DNA of 63,790 bases, filler included, from Hyphochytrium catenoides (lineage: Eukaryota; Protista; Hyphochytriomycota): assembly GCA_900088475.1 (NCBI GenBank). It is 5 parts of 5 records of this genome, joined end to end, with 100 filler letters (N's around TTAATTAATTAA, not from the genome) between each part and the next. Parts side by side here need not be neighbours in the genome. Positions count along the whole stretch, not along the records: positions 23,910 to 46,282 come from FLMG01001548.1; positions 46,383 to 52,771 come from FLMG01002491.1; 3 more parts are not named here. One strand, 5' to 3'. The stretch's first letter is position 1; every line of letters begins with the position of its first letter. The notes beneath the pieces were generated by a model. It did no database searches. It was not told where the DNA came from and was given only the letters and a program-made list of their open reading frames with translations. The position numbers and the translations under genes are program-made. This document shows positions 36,824-49,300 of this stretch, piece by piece.

Positions 36824-37269
36824 TTCTTCCAACTTGCTTCCCTAAACGTGTCTCTTCTTCCTATTCACCCTTCCTTCCATCCTTCGAATCGGCTCAATTC
36901 TTTGTTCTCTTTCTTACAACGCGGCTGGCTCCTTTCTCTTCTCTCTCCGTTATCGTCTTCTGTACCTTCCAAGGGTGCTTTAACATTGCTGGGATCTCTT
37001 GGATGACGCGGCAAGTTGCCTCTGCTATCTTCGGCACCCCTCCAACCTCTTCCTACCAAGAAGCACTCGACAACTTCTTGAAGGCCGAGGCACTAGACCC
37101 AGGCTTCTATAAGAAGAATGCTTTCCTTATTACTCAGTGCTACGCCAAGCTCAGTAAGAACGATGAGGCCAAGGTCTGGTTGCAGAAGACGTTGCAGATC
37201 CCTGTCAAGACTGACGAGGACAAGCAAGTTCATGCTGAGGCAGAGAAGTTTGGCAAAAGTCTCAGATAA
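35780..37269 (+). CDS. RMDN1: Regulator of microtubule dynamics protein 1-like, TPR fold (exons 35780-36152, 36220-36388, 36471-36613, 36974-37269)
   Basis: ELKWRHARALYD, HFAVQKWYGI, ATELNPKDATSRHLLGLWCF and SWMTRQVASAIFGTPPTSSYQEALDNFLKAEALDPGFYKKN are RMD1 hallmarks. The R/S-rich N-terminus resembles a mitochondrial presequence. Confidence 0.9.
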
Positions 37270-37788
37270 GCCACGTAGTACCGTCAGAGACAATGGATGT
37301 CCCGCGTTGGAAGCACGGCCATAGCTAAAGTATCAATGTTGGGGCTGAAGGTCTAAGACAGAGATAGGAGAAGAGAGAGAGAAGGAAATGGGCAATCCTT
37401 ATGACTAGGAGAGTCAAGAGCTTCTGACTAAGACATAAACTAGTCGCTTCAAGAGATTTCCTATCGTTTTCCTGCACTGGCAGTCCCTCTCACTCCGCTG
37501 AGTAAAGCTCACACTTGTAGTCAAGGCAGAGGTCTGACAAGATAGTAGTACAGGCAACTTGATTGGTAAGAGGAAGGAGGGATAAGAGGGTTTCAAGAGA
37601 AGAAGAAAGAGAAGGCGGACGACAAGTGACATGAGAGCTCGCTTTTATTCAACTAGCAATGGAAAAACTTAGGCTTCTTCTGCCTCAAGACAAAATTTTA
37701 GGAGTCCAGCCGCCCACCTGCCCGCTGTCTCTCTTGGTTCTCTTCTTCTCATAATCATTGCTCTCCTCTCCTCCTCCTTCTCTCTCTT

Positions 37789-37820
<32 letters not shown>

Positions 37821-37841
37821 CGTAGCGCTTCAGCAATGCCT

Positions 37842-40800
37842 TTACTTCCTTGACTTCTTCTGTTGCCTCTCTTGGTAGAGGCGCGCATAGTATCGCCCGG
37901 AATTTAGTAGCTCTGCATGTGTTCCTCTCTCTACGATCCTTCCGTTGTGCATGAACGCAATCGAGTCCGCTCCCATGATCGTTGAGAGTCTGTGAGCAAC
38001 AATAATAGTTGTCCTCTTCCGCATGCTCATTAGCTCATCCAGAGCAGACTGCGACAAAGAGGAAAGAATTCTTTTAAGAGATAGAGCGAGAAGAGGAAAG
38101 AGATCATTTAAGAGATAGAGAGAGAGAGAGAGGAAGATCTAGAGTGAAGGCAAAGGCAGGCGCAAACGTGGAACAATATGAGCGAGAGAGGAAGAAGGCA
38201 ACAGTAGACTAGACAAGCTTTTGGAGAGGAGAGAAGTGCTGTGGTCCCCTCACCTGTACAGCCTTTTCACTCTCAGAGTCGAGCGCGCTGGTTGCCTCGT
38301 CCAGCAGGAGAATGGCTGGGTCTTTGATGATCGCCCGAGCAATAGCAATCCGTTGCTTCTGCCCTCCAGAAAGCTGTATGCCCTTCTCACCCACCTCCGT
38401 CTCAAACCCATCAGGAAACTGCTTGATAAACGTCCATGCGTTTGCCAGTTTAGCGGCATGTTCCGCTTCCTCTAGCGTGCCACCGGGCTTGCCATAGAGA
38501 ATATTATCTAGGATGGTCCCAGAGAAGAGAACAGGCTCCTGGCTGACCATTCCAATCTGCTCTCTGAGCCAGGCAACGTTAAGATCTCTAAGATCAACAC
38601 CGTCCAGCAGGACGCTCCCTTCATCTGGGTCATAAAACCTTTCAAGCAATGCCAGAATAGTGCTCTTCCCGCTGCCACTGCCTCCAACCAAGGCAATCGT
38701 CTGTCCAGCTTCTACTTTCAGCGAAAGATTCCTAAGGACTATGCTGTCGGGCCTGGCAGGGTAGCTAAAGTAGACGCCATGCAGCTCCAGAGCGCCGCTG
38801 ACCTCTTGCGGACGCTGTCCACAGAGGAACTTCATAGGGTTTATTGGGGATGGACGGTCTAGGATCTCAAAGATCCGAGCTGCGGCCTGTTTTGCCGCCA
38901 CTGCATCGCCCATAAAGGAGATTGTCCGCCCCAAACCGACTGCCCCCATCATAATTATCAGCAGAGACTTCATCATCTCATCGAAGTTGCTTTCCCCGCT
39001 GCGAACGAGCTGCCCTCCATACCAGAAGACCAGCGCATAGCCCCCATAGGTTACAATGTGAGAGAAGCCCACGGAGAAGCCATTGAGATGTCCCTTGCGG
39101 ATCCCTTCTCTCATAGGGAATTCTAGCACTCGATCATACCGCTGGACTATCTCTTCTTCCAGACCAAAGGCTGCCACTGTCCGCACACAGCTGATCGCCT
39201 CTGTCGCTAGCTTGCCAGAGTACTCGAGGGACTTTCTGGCAATCCCCGTTGACTTCTTAGACATATTCATCTGAACAACGGTCGAGAGGACCAGAAAGGG
39301 CAATAGCACTGTCATTATCAGGCTTAGCTTCCAGTTGCCGAGGAGGAAGGCGAGGAAGAGAGAGGAGAAGAGGTTGACCAAGATCTGCAGCACTCTCCCC
39401 TGGTTCTCTCCCGTGATGACCTTCACCTGAGCGGCGTCCACCGCCAGCCGCGTAGTCAACGTTCCAGAGCTATTCTCAGGCATATCAAACCAGCCAATAT
39501 CCTGCTGCACCATAGCTTTAAACGCCTCTATACGCAGACGAGAAGTGAGCTTCTCCCCCATAAAGCGGAACCCGTAGGTCATGACAAAGCCGCAGATGAA
39601 CATAGCAACGCCAGCGACCAGGAGAATGAGCGCGTACAAAGAGATAGTATCATACAGCTCATCGCCTGAGAGAGACTGATAGGCGTCTAGCACGCTAGTG
39701 ACCAATATGGCGATCATCGGCTGGGAAAGGCCGATCACAGCCGACGCCAGGGCCGATATCACGACGATGGGCCGCTCTGGACGGTTGAGCTTCCACAGGC
39801 GTCCCATCTTAAAGTCTTTCTCTACATCTCCTCTATCTTCGCTGTCCACACTTCGAGCGTGGTCTTTCCTTGTCTCCGCATTGCTGCCCCCTCCTAGGAC
39901 AGACGACTGGAAGCTCTTCCTATAGACGCTGCTGTACTCTCGAACCAGAGCCTCCATGGCTGGGTTGTCAGCGATCATTCCCTCTGCAGTCTGCGCCATC
40001 TCAAGCTCTGACTTCTCCGTATCTTCCTCTGCAGTCTGAAGCTTCACAAGTTGCCGATAAGAGCCGTCTGGCAGGCTCATCAGCGCGTCATGCGTGCCTT
40101 TCTCTTCAATAGACCCGTCTATGATGACAGCTATCTGGTCAGCGTTACGGATGGTGCTCAGCCTGTGGGCAATGATGATAGTCGTCCGCTTTCTTATTGA
40201 AATGAGCTTATCAAGCGCCGTCTGGACGATCCTTTCGCTCTCATTATCCAAAGCTGAACTTGCCTCGTCCAGTAGTAGGATAGCCGGGTCTCTGATGATG
40301 GCACGAGCGATGGCAATCCGCTGCTTTTGACCTGGAAAGAGGGAAAAGACCATCGAGAGAGAGAATGGCCGCCCAGTCAGTGGCGATATAATCCCTCATT
40401 TCCCTGTTTTCAGCGCCCTCTCCCACTCAGTTTGACATTCTATACGGCACAGTTATTCCTATTCTCTCTCTCTCTCCCCCTCTCTCTCCTATATCTCTCT
40501 CTGTCCCTCTCTCCCCCTCTCTCTCTCCCTCTTTCTCTTCATCTCTCAGTCCCTCTTTTCCTTTTTCTCTCGCTCGTAGCTCTCTTTTACCTCCAGACAG
40601 CTGGATGCCCTTCTCCCCTGCAAGCGTGTCATATCCTCTGGGGAACCCTCTGATAAAGTTATGGGCATTACTCAGCTGAGCAGCGTCTTCCACTTCCTGA
40701 TCCGACGCGTCAGGCCGCCCATAGCGGATGTTCTCTCTGATCGAAGTGTCAAACAGGACAGGCTCCTGTCCAACCAAGCCGATCTGTCTCCTTAACCAGC

Positions 40801-42328
40801 TGACATTAAGCTGCTCTATGTCCCGTCCATCGAGCCGTATAGAGCCCTTATCTGCTGCATAGAAACGAAGAAGAAGGCTGATGATTGTGCTCTTTCCTCC
40901 CCCGCTTGCCCCGACTAGCGCCACTTTCTGCCCGGGCTCTATGGAAAGACAGTAGTCGCGAAGAATGGGCACAGAGGGCCGCGATGGATAGCGAAAGCTA
41001 ACGTTCTTGAACTCTATCAGCCCATCGCAGTGATCAGGCTTCTCCCCTTCTTCTGACGCAGCATCAACCTTAGGCTTTCGTCTCAAAACAGCTTGCACGG
41101 CTGCAAAGGCGCCTCTTGCCTGCGCCACGGCTGCGATATTCGGCGACGCTTGGCCCAAAGACATAGTGCCAACCATGATAGCAAAGAAGACAGTGAAGAC
41201 TTGTCCCGGAGAAGAAATCTGCTCATTTCCTTCTGAGACAAGCTTTCCTCCGTACCACATGCCAAGGGAATAGGTGGCAAAGATGGTGGAGAGAGTGAGA
41301 CCTACGCCCATCGCTTGCGTGACGCCTCCCTGCAACATCACTTTCTCTGCCTCTACCACTAGATGAGCAAAGCGTCCAGCTGCTGCCTGTTCTCCTCCAA
41401 AAGACGCCACTGTCCGGATGGCGGAGAAGGTTTCATCTGCAACGCCTCCAGCCTGACCAAAGGAGAGAGAGAGTCAACAAAGAGAAAAGAGAGAGAGGGT
41501 GTCTGAGAGAGATATGCGAGGTGATATATAAGAGAGCTCCTTTGACAGAGGCCGTCCTCCACGGATAAAGTAAAGAGAAGGGAGAAAAGAGGAGAGAGAA
41601 AGCAAAGAAGGGCAAAGAGAGAACGGACAAAGTAAGAGAGAGAGAGAGAGACAAAGAAGAAGGAGAGACAGACTGAGAGAGAGAGTGGGAAGCGAAGAGA
41701 AAGAGCTGAAGCAGAGAGACGGAGAGAGAGAGAGAGAGAGACGGTCCTACCTTGGCATAAGCTCTTTGTCCCTCAATGGCCAGCCTCTGGATCTTCTTGA
41801 AGAGAATGGAGACTGAGCCTCCCAGGACGGGGATGGACGTACACATCACCAGCGCCAGCAGCCAGCCCTTGGCCAGCCCCACAGCCAAACCAGAGAAGAA
41901 ACCAGCGGAGAAGCGAAGCAGGTCACCAAGCTTCTCTCCTATTCCTTCCTGGATAATGATGGTGTCTCTGAAAGGGAAAAGAGGAGTGGGGACGGCGAGA
42001 GAGAAAGGGAGGAAAAGGAGAGAGAGGGGATTAGAAGGGGAAAGACGGGGATAAGGGATGAAAAGAGAGATAGGATGGAGATGTCAATAGGGAGAGAGAG
42101 GTTGATAGAGAAGAGCGAAAGAGAGAGACAGACAGAGAGACAGACAGAGAGAGAGAGAGAGAGAGAAAGAGAGGAAGAGAGATAGGCACAGAGAGACAGA
42201 GAGACAGGAATGAGAGAAGGGAGAGGAAAGGAGAGGATAGGTTTAGGTTGGCAAGGAGAAAGTAAAGGAAGAGGTAGGCTGCCGGGAACCATGGATGCGT
42301 TTTCAATTTTTAACCTTCTCTCTTCCTA

Positions 42329-42359
<31 letters not shown>

Positions 42360-42663
42360 NNNNNNNNNNNNNNNNNNNGACTTACCCAGCAATCCTTGAG
42401 GCCAGAGAAGAGGGCTGTTCCATGTCAAACCAAGCCATCTCTTGCCTCAAGATGCTCCTCAAGCAGTCTCTTCTCAGCGCTCGGATCTGTCTCTCTGCCG
42501 CGTAGGTGAAGAAGACAAAAGTGAGATAGTCAAAGAGAAAGAGACCCACTGCCAGCCCTGCCAGCATGAGAGAGAGAGACACCACTTCATCCTCTTTATA
42601 CTCAGGAACAAAGGCATCGATGGCCTGACCTACAAAGAAAGAGAGGAAAATCGAAGGCAGAGG

Positions 42664-42719
<56 letters not shown>

Positions 42720-43570
42720 CAGAGAAGGAAGGAATGAGTGACCAAAATAGAGAGACAGACCAAAAAGAAGATGGCACATAAGATGACGCTTGAGATAATT
42801 GGCATATGAAGCAAGCTGTTAAAAGATGAAACAGGCAACGCAAATGGAAGGAAGAACTACAAAAAGAAGAGAAAGAGAAGAGAGGGAAGGGAAGAAGTGG
42901 AGGCAGAAGATGACAGAAAGAGAGAGAGAAGACGAAGGAAAGAGAGACGAGACAGGAGAGAAGAGAAACGGAGGGACGAGGATGGTAAGCTAAGGAAGTG
43001 AGAGATCAGAAGAACAGAGGAGCGTAGCTAAAAGAGAGAGAGAGAGAATGAGAGAAGAAGAGAAACTGACCAAAGAGGATGGCAAAGACAGGCAGGGCAC
43101 CGCCTCCAATGATCGCACTGACACTTCCCAGCGCGATGAGGAGCCAGTCCAGCGGCGTGGCAAAGCAGAAAAGGTTTCCCAAAGACGGCGTTTTCTCTTC
43201 TTCTCCCTCTCCCATGAGTGAGATCTTCACGGGCTCACTCTTACTAAGCGTAGGAGAAGACGTCAAGCTTGCACCCTCTTGCTGCTGCCAGTCTCTTTCT
43301 CTCTCTCCATCTCTCTCTCTCTCGAGTCCTCGCACAGCATCTAAGATCTCAAGGTCGAGGGTGCAGGTTTGCTGTTGTTTGCTCTTTGACTTGGAACGAG
43401 AGTTTCTCCCTGCGCTGCCTCTTGAAGGCAAGATGACCATCAGGCTGCCCGCTGGCTCGGGTCTGGAGGCAATCGGAGTGGTGCTGCCCGGAGACTGAGC
43501 GAGTAGCTGATAGCTGCATGGAGACAGGGGGAGGAGAGACAGCGCGACAGAAGAGAGAGAACACAAGAGA

Positions 43571-43601
<31 letters not shown>

Positions 43602-44042
43602 GAGGGAAGGGGGAGGAAGAGAGAGAAAGAGAGAGAAAGAGAAAGATAAAGAGATGTAGAAACAGCGCGGGAGAGAGACGAAGAGATAGTGAGGGGAAAG
43701 AGAGAGAGAGAGAGAGAGAGCGTGGATAGGGATAATGAGAGAACGGACCACAGCGTGTCAGCTCAGAAAGGCGAAGAGCGGCCACTGAAACATTGACGAG
43801 AAGCTGAGGAACTGAAGAGAGAGACCACATCATCTCTTCTTTGACAAAACAAGAAGGAGGAGACAGACTGAGAGGGGAGAGAAGGCGAGACGCAGAGCAA
43901 AGAGAGAGAGGCAAGAGAGCTCAAATTACCTTGTTTCTGAGTCCTCCAACGTCTGCATGAGTCCGGAGCTGCGGCCACTGGCTCTGGAGCCGTCATTCTC
44001 AACGTCCAGCAGACGCCCACCCTCTTCCTTACCAAGAGACAT
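37842..44042 (-). CDS. ABCB1: Full-length ABCB/MDR (P-glycoprotein) transporter, TMD-NBD-TMD-NBD, 7 exons (approx. 44042-43930, 43514-43070, 42625-42386, 41967-41751, 41451-40591, 40331-38254, 38048-37842)
   Basis: Two NBDs (GASGGGKST and [37 protein letters not shown]) and two TMDs ([18 protein letters not shown]). N-terminal [10 protein letters not shown]...[12 protein letters not shown]. The start codon was inferred from phase. Confidence 0.95.
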
Positions 44043-44354
44043 CTCTCTCTCTCTCTCTGTTCTAACCACTCTCTGTTCCGTTTCACTCAAGGTCTCATCT
44101 CTCTGTCTCTCTCTTTCTCTTATCTCTGTCTAACTGTCCTAATATCCCAGGAGAAAAGAGAGAGAAAGATAAGTAGAAGAGACTCCTCCTCCCTGGTTGG
44201 GAAAGACCCGCCGAAGCTTGCGCTGGGCTAATGGACGCGGCGAGCAGAACAGAGAGAGAGAAACTATCGCACTGGCGGTCGTCACCCAATCAGAGGAAGA
44301 GGGGAAGGAGAGAAAGGATGGTCAAGCCTCTCTCGTTCTCTTCCTCTACCACAC

Positions 44355-44390
<36 letters not shown>

Positions 44391-46326
44391 TTCCCTTGTG
44401 TCTCTCTCTTTCTGGTGAAGGTTGCAGCGTACATACGGCGCCGCGCATATAAAGAATGTGCTTGAAGAGGCAGCAGCTGCTGAATGAAGAGGCAGATTGA
44501 CTACTTGCAACCTAGTCTTTCCTCTCTCTCTTCCCATCTCTCACTCTTTCCCGGCTCGCTTCCCCGTCTCTCTCTCTCTCTCCTCTTTTCTGCTTGTTCT
44601 GTCTCTCTTGAACGAAGGGTTATGTCTGTTTTCATGGCAGAGAAAGAGGGAGAGAGAGAGAGAGAGAGAGAAGTAGAAGAGAGAGAGAGAGAAAGAAAGA
44701 GAGAAGGAGAGAGAGACATCGTTTCAGTGTGTGATAACGGTGGCTCTATTGTTATCTTGGTTCCATCGACGCTGACTTTTTCTAATTTTTTTCGCCTAAC
44801 AACAGGCCATCNNNNNNNNNNNNNNNNNNNNNNNNNNNNNNNNNNNNNNNNNNNNNNNNNNNNNNNNNNNNNNNNTCCCTCACTTCCACTTCGTTGTCTC
44901 GTTTCTTGCTCTTCAACTTCCTGTCAGCAGAGGAGCCTCCAATCCCCTTTCTGCCTCTTTCTCTCTCTTCTTCCCTTCCTCGCTGCTTCTCTCTCTTCGT
45001 CTCTCTCTCTCGTGTCTCTCTGTCTCAGCCCAAATTAGAATATCTCCGTTTATCCCTGTATCTCTTTTCCCTCGGTCTCTACTATTCTCTCTCTGTCTGT
45101 TCCTGTCACTTCATCACACATCTCCTTCACGGCGGCATAACGTCAGCAGCAGTCCCATAACCAGCTGTGGGCTTCCAACCTAATCGTTCGCCGAAAGGAA
45201 TAATCCCGCTGTATCTATCAATGCATCCTCCCTTTATATTAACCTTCATTGGCCATGTTGCCAATGTACAGGGGATAGTGCTACGTAACCTACTAATTAG
45301 CCCATTACTAACTGTTTGTAGCTAATTAGGTTCTCGTTTAATCTAATAATATTCCGCCTTTAGGAACGTAGCTTTGTGTTCGATAGTAGGGAGAGCCATG
45401 ATCCTCCATAAGATCTAAGTGAGAGTGAGCCAGAATACTATCCATGGCTACTCAAACTCACACATCTAACAAGCTGTCCAACATCATCATGGGGCCCCCT
45501 GACCGTTACGCCTTCCCCTCACTATCCAGGACTATTATTACAAATTTATGCCTACATAAATAGTAACTTAGTTGCATTACCATGCGTTTGTTGACGCACT
45601 GACCTTTCGAATGCGGAGAGGCGCTAACGGCTATAGTGGCGGCAAGACGCGCTTGTCGCAGAAGGAAAGACTCCTCTCTCTCTCTNNNNNNNNNNNNNNN
45701 NNNNNNNNNNNNNNNNNNTCTCTCTCTCTCTCTCTCTGTTTTCCTCTCTCTCTCTCTGTCTCGGTCTGTCTCTCTGTCCATCACTGTGTCTCAGTCGTTG
45801 CCTCTTTCGATCTGTCTCTGTCTCTGTCTGTCTGTCTCTCTGACTCCCACACCACGCTCATTCTTCTCTCTCTCTATTCTCTTTCTCTCCTGGTCTCTTA
45901 TCTCCCTCTCGTCTTCAAATTCGGTGTCTCAGCAGTTGCCATGGATGTTTTTATTGACTATGGACGGAACAGGGAGGAGGCATAAGAAGAATGAAAGAGG
46001 AGGCAGAAAGGAAAGAGACACACTCACCCAGAGAAAGAGGAGAGTAGAATGAGAAAGGCAGGGGATAATAGAAGAGCGGAAGAGAGAGCCAAAGAGAGAG
46101 AGAGACTGAGAGACAGAAGAGAGTCTTTCACCAACAAATGTTTGCTCCAGAAGTGCACCGCTTGTCGCTGGCAAGATGCTCCGTCCATGTCCTTGAGACC
46201 TTCTCCCTTGGATGAGTACGCAAGAGGAGGAGGGAAAGAGAGAGAGAGAGAGGGAAAAAGAGAGAGAGAGAGAGAGAGAGAGNNNNNNNNNNNNNNNNNN
46301 NNNNNNNNNNNNNNNNNNNNNNNNNN

Positions 46327-46338
46327 TTAATTAATTAA
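46327..46338. other. Artificial scaffold linker
   Basis: TTAATTAATTAA between N runs. Confidence 0.97.
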
Positions 46339-46382
46339 NNNNNNNNNNNNNNNNNNNNNNNNNNNNNNNNNNNNNNNNNNNN

Positions 46383-49300
46383 TTGGACCAGTTCCAATGA
46401 ATGACTGCCACTTGTGGCAGCGTTCTTGAAGCATTTTCTGGTCTGGCAAGTGATAATCATTGTCAGCGGTATCCTCTTCGGTATGCCCACTCCAGAGTTT
46501 GATGTCCACATTAAGTTAATAGTCCGATCATTAGTTAGGGATACGGCCATCGTTCCTGCTAATAGCTGTGCAGAAACGTTTTTTACCTCCAAGGCAGAGT
46601 TCAGAACCGTAAATGAGAGAGGGAGAGTCAACTGCAAAGTTGCACCAGAAGGGAACGGATTGTTTGACGTGAAACTCAGCCTTAATGGCCCCACAGCATC
46701 GACCATTCCATAGATTGGGGCCAGCAAGAACGACAAAAATGCGCCAGGACTGATAATTAAGCCCGACGGAAGCGCATCAAAGCAGTCATCTACTTTGACG
46801 AGGTTAGAGGAGTAGTAGGTGTAGAAGGTAGAGAAGGCTGAAGTAGTCATAGCTAGGTTGGGGTTTGTAAACCCTTGCAGAGTGAGAACGACGTTGGAAT
46901 TAGCTGGCAAGGCACCAGCGCTGCCGAGGATAGATATCTGGACTTCGCTGCTGCTACTAGTTCTCTTGGTTGCGGCGAAGCCCGATAACGACAGGGCGGC
47001 ATCGTTCCGTAGAAGGGAGTAAATGCTAATAGTGTCCGACACCAATACTTCACTAGGAAAGCCAATTACCAAGCCATCGCCGACAGAAAGCGAATTGGCT
47101 GTCTGGAAGGAGAAAGTGAAACGGACAGGGGCACCCGCCTCCGAAGTGTTCGTCGAGATGGTTGGAAGGCGAGAAAATGTGGCCGGATGGATATCCGTGA
47201 AGTTAGGGCGGTCGTCTGGATGACGACTGGAGCTTGCCTCACTGATTACGGCACCAGCATTGGTTAATGTTCTTAACAAGGTGAGCGTGGGACTAGGCTG
47301 GGAGCGCCCTATAAGCTTTACAGATCCTGATGGGGCCGTGATCTGCAGGCTCACCTCGGTGCTTGCCCGGATCGCTGATCCATTTCCGCTGAGCTCCACA
47401 GTAAGAACGGAGGAAGAGTTTGACACGACTAGATTGACAGGGTATTGGATGCCCCTAAGTTCCGAAGCGGTCAATTGCGTGGTTGTGAAGTTAAAGTTGG
47501 CGGGGAGTTGGAAGACGATGGACCCGTCACTGGGTAAAGGGTCTAAGAGGACGAAAGAGAGAGTCAGATTTGCGAGAGCTCCAGCTGTGGTCTTCGTTAA
47601 AGAGACAAAAGGAGATGAGAATCGTCCCGGGTTGATAATGACCGGCTGTGGAAGGGCTGCGCTCCCGTAGTTGGCGTCCAGCTGGTCAATAATGTTGCCA
47701 TCAGCATCTGCGGTAGTCATGGCTTCAACCAGCCTTGCTGAAACGGAGTGGTCTGGATTTGTTAGTAGGCCAGGTATAATGACCTGCACAGGGAAGTTCG
47801 GATCCGCCACAGCCATTTGAGATGGGAGCTGCAAAGTAATGCTGCTGTTGGAGAGGTTGACCATATAGGTGCAAAGGCCTAAGTGTGGTACATTTACTAT
47901 TTCCTCTGACGCTGAGTGGAGCTTGAAGATAGGGTTGACAACAAAGGCTATCGTACCTCCTCCAATCAATGGGTTGGTCGTGTAGAAGCTGATATTAAAA
48001 TCGTTCAAGGCGTTAACAGTGGTTGCATGTAGGACCGTTTGGACGGGCAGTCGGAGCATCCCAGGCATTATCAACACTCCGGCAGGTTTCATGTGGGCAT
48101 TGAGCTCGTCGCTCGCAACATTGATTTCCACATTTCCAAAGGACACAGGAGCTATGGTTGCCACGTAAGGAAAGGCACTGGTCTTTCTCGCGTAGGTTGG
48201 GTTGATGACACCACCAACAACTAAACTCAGGTCACGGCCTGGGCTAATGGAGTCCCCACTCATCCTCGTCACCATAAGCCTTCTGCCCGACGTGCTGAAG
48301 GTAACGGGGTCAACTACCCCGACCTCTAAGTGAAGAGACGCCATGATGGATACGGGAAGAGAAGGAAACTCTTGGGGAAAGTCAAGCCAAATCTGCCCTC
48401 GGCCCGGGAGAGGAGCAGAGATTCTCAATACGAAAGTGTAATTGGCTGACGAACCAGCTACTAGGCTCGAAGATGCTACAGACGGCACAATGGCAAAACT
48501 GGCAGGACGAATAGCAGAGGAGACCTGAACCGCAGGCCCAGATGAGAGGAGTGAGGTCTTCATAGTGACAGACGCCCTAATAAAGGCTCCCGACACTGTA
48601 TAATTAAGAGGAGTGAAGAGCTGGAAGACAATACCTGAGGCATTAGACGCAGAAATGAAGCCATCAAGGAAAAGACCACCAGAGGAAGAGAGGACAAGGT
48701 CCATCATGGAGCTGCTCCGAGAGAAGCGGTCCCCTAGAATTGTAATGGAGTCATTGCCCTGTACGTAGGCACGCGAGGTATCGATATGGATGGTCGGAGC
48801 TGCACCTGGTTGGCCAACAGAGGAAGGGTATGACATTTGGGGCAACGGAAACCTGAGTGAAGTCGCATACGCAGGTCCTAGATGCAAGTATTTCTGCCTT
48901 AAACACCACATCTTTTGTCTCTCTCTTCTCTCTTTTCCTTCAATCTCTCATCTCTTAAGGACCACACGCACTCCACTAGTTGTCCCCAGCCTCTTTCTCA
49001 ATCTTGGGCGGCTGGTCCTTCTGTACAAAACTGGCTAAGACCTCATCATTCGTGCCTTTTCTTGTCAACTGTTCCGCACTAACAGCTAATCCTTTTCCCT
49101 GTGCCGTTCAGTGCCTTGGGCCTTCATACCTGTTATGATAGGGCTCTGTATGGAAACCCGTTGCCACCATCCTAGACTCTCCCTACTGACTAGTAGAGTG
49201 AAGTTCTGCCCAACCAGAGAGTAGTCCAATGCTGCATCAAAGGAGAGAGACAGACTGCTACAGGTGATGGCAGATATGCTTGCAATGCTGGGAAGCAAAC

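Noticed and set aside
45890-46230. Possible terminal exons of a minus-strand gene at the end of scaffold 2
   Set aside because: Non-repetitive patches have candidate splice sites, but no frame or product could be established.
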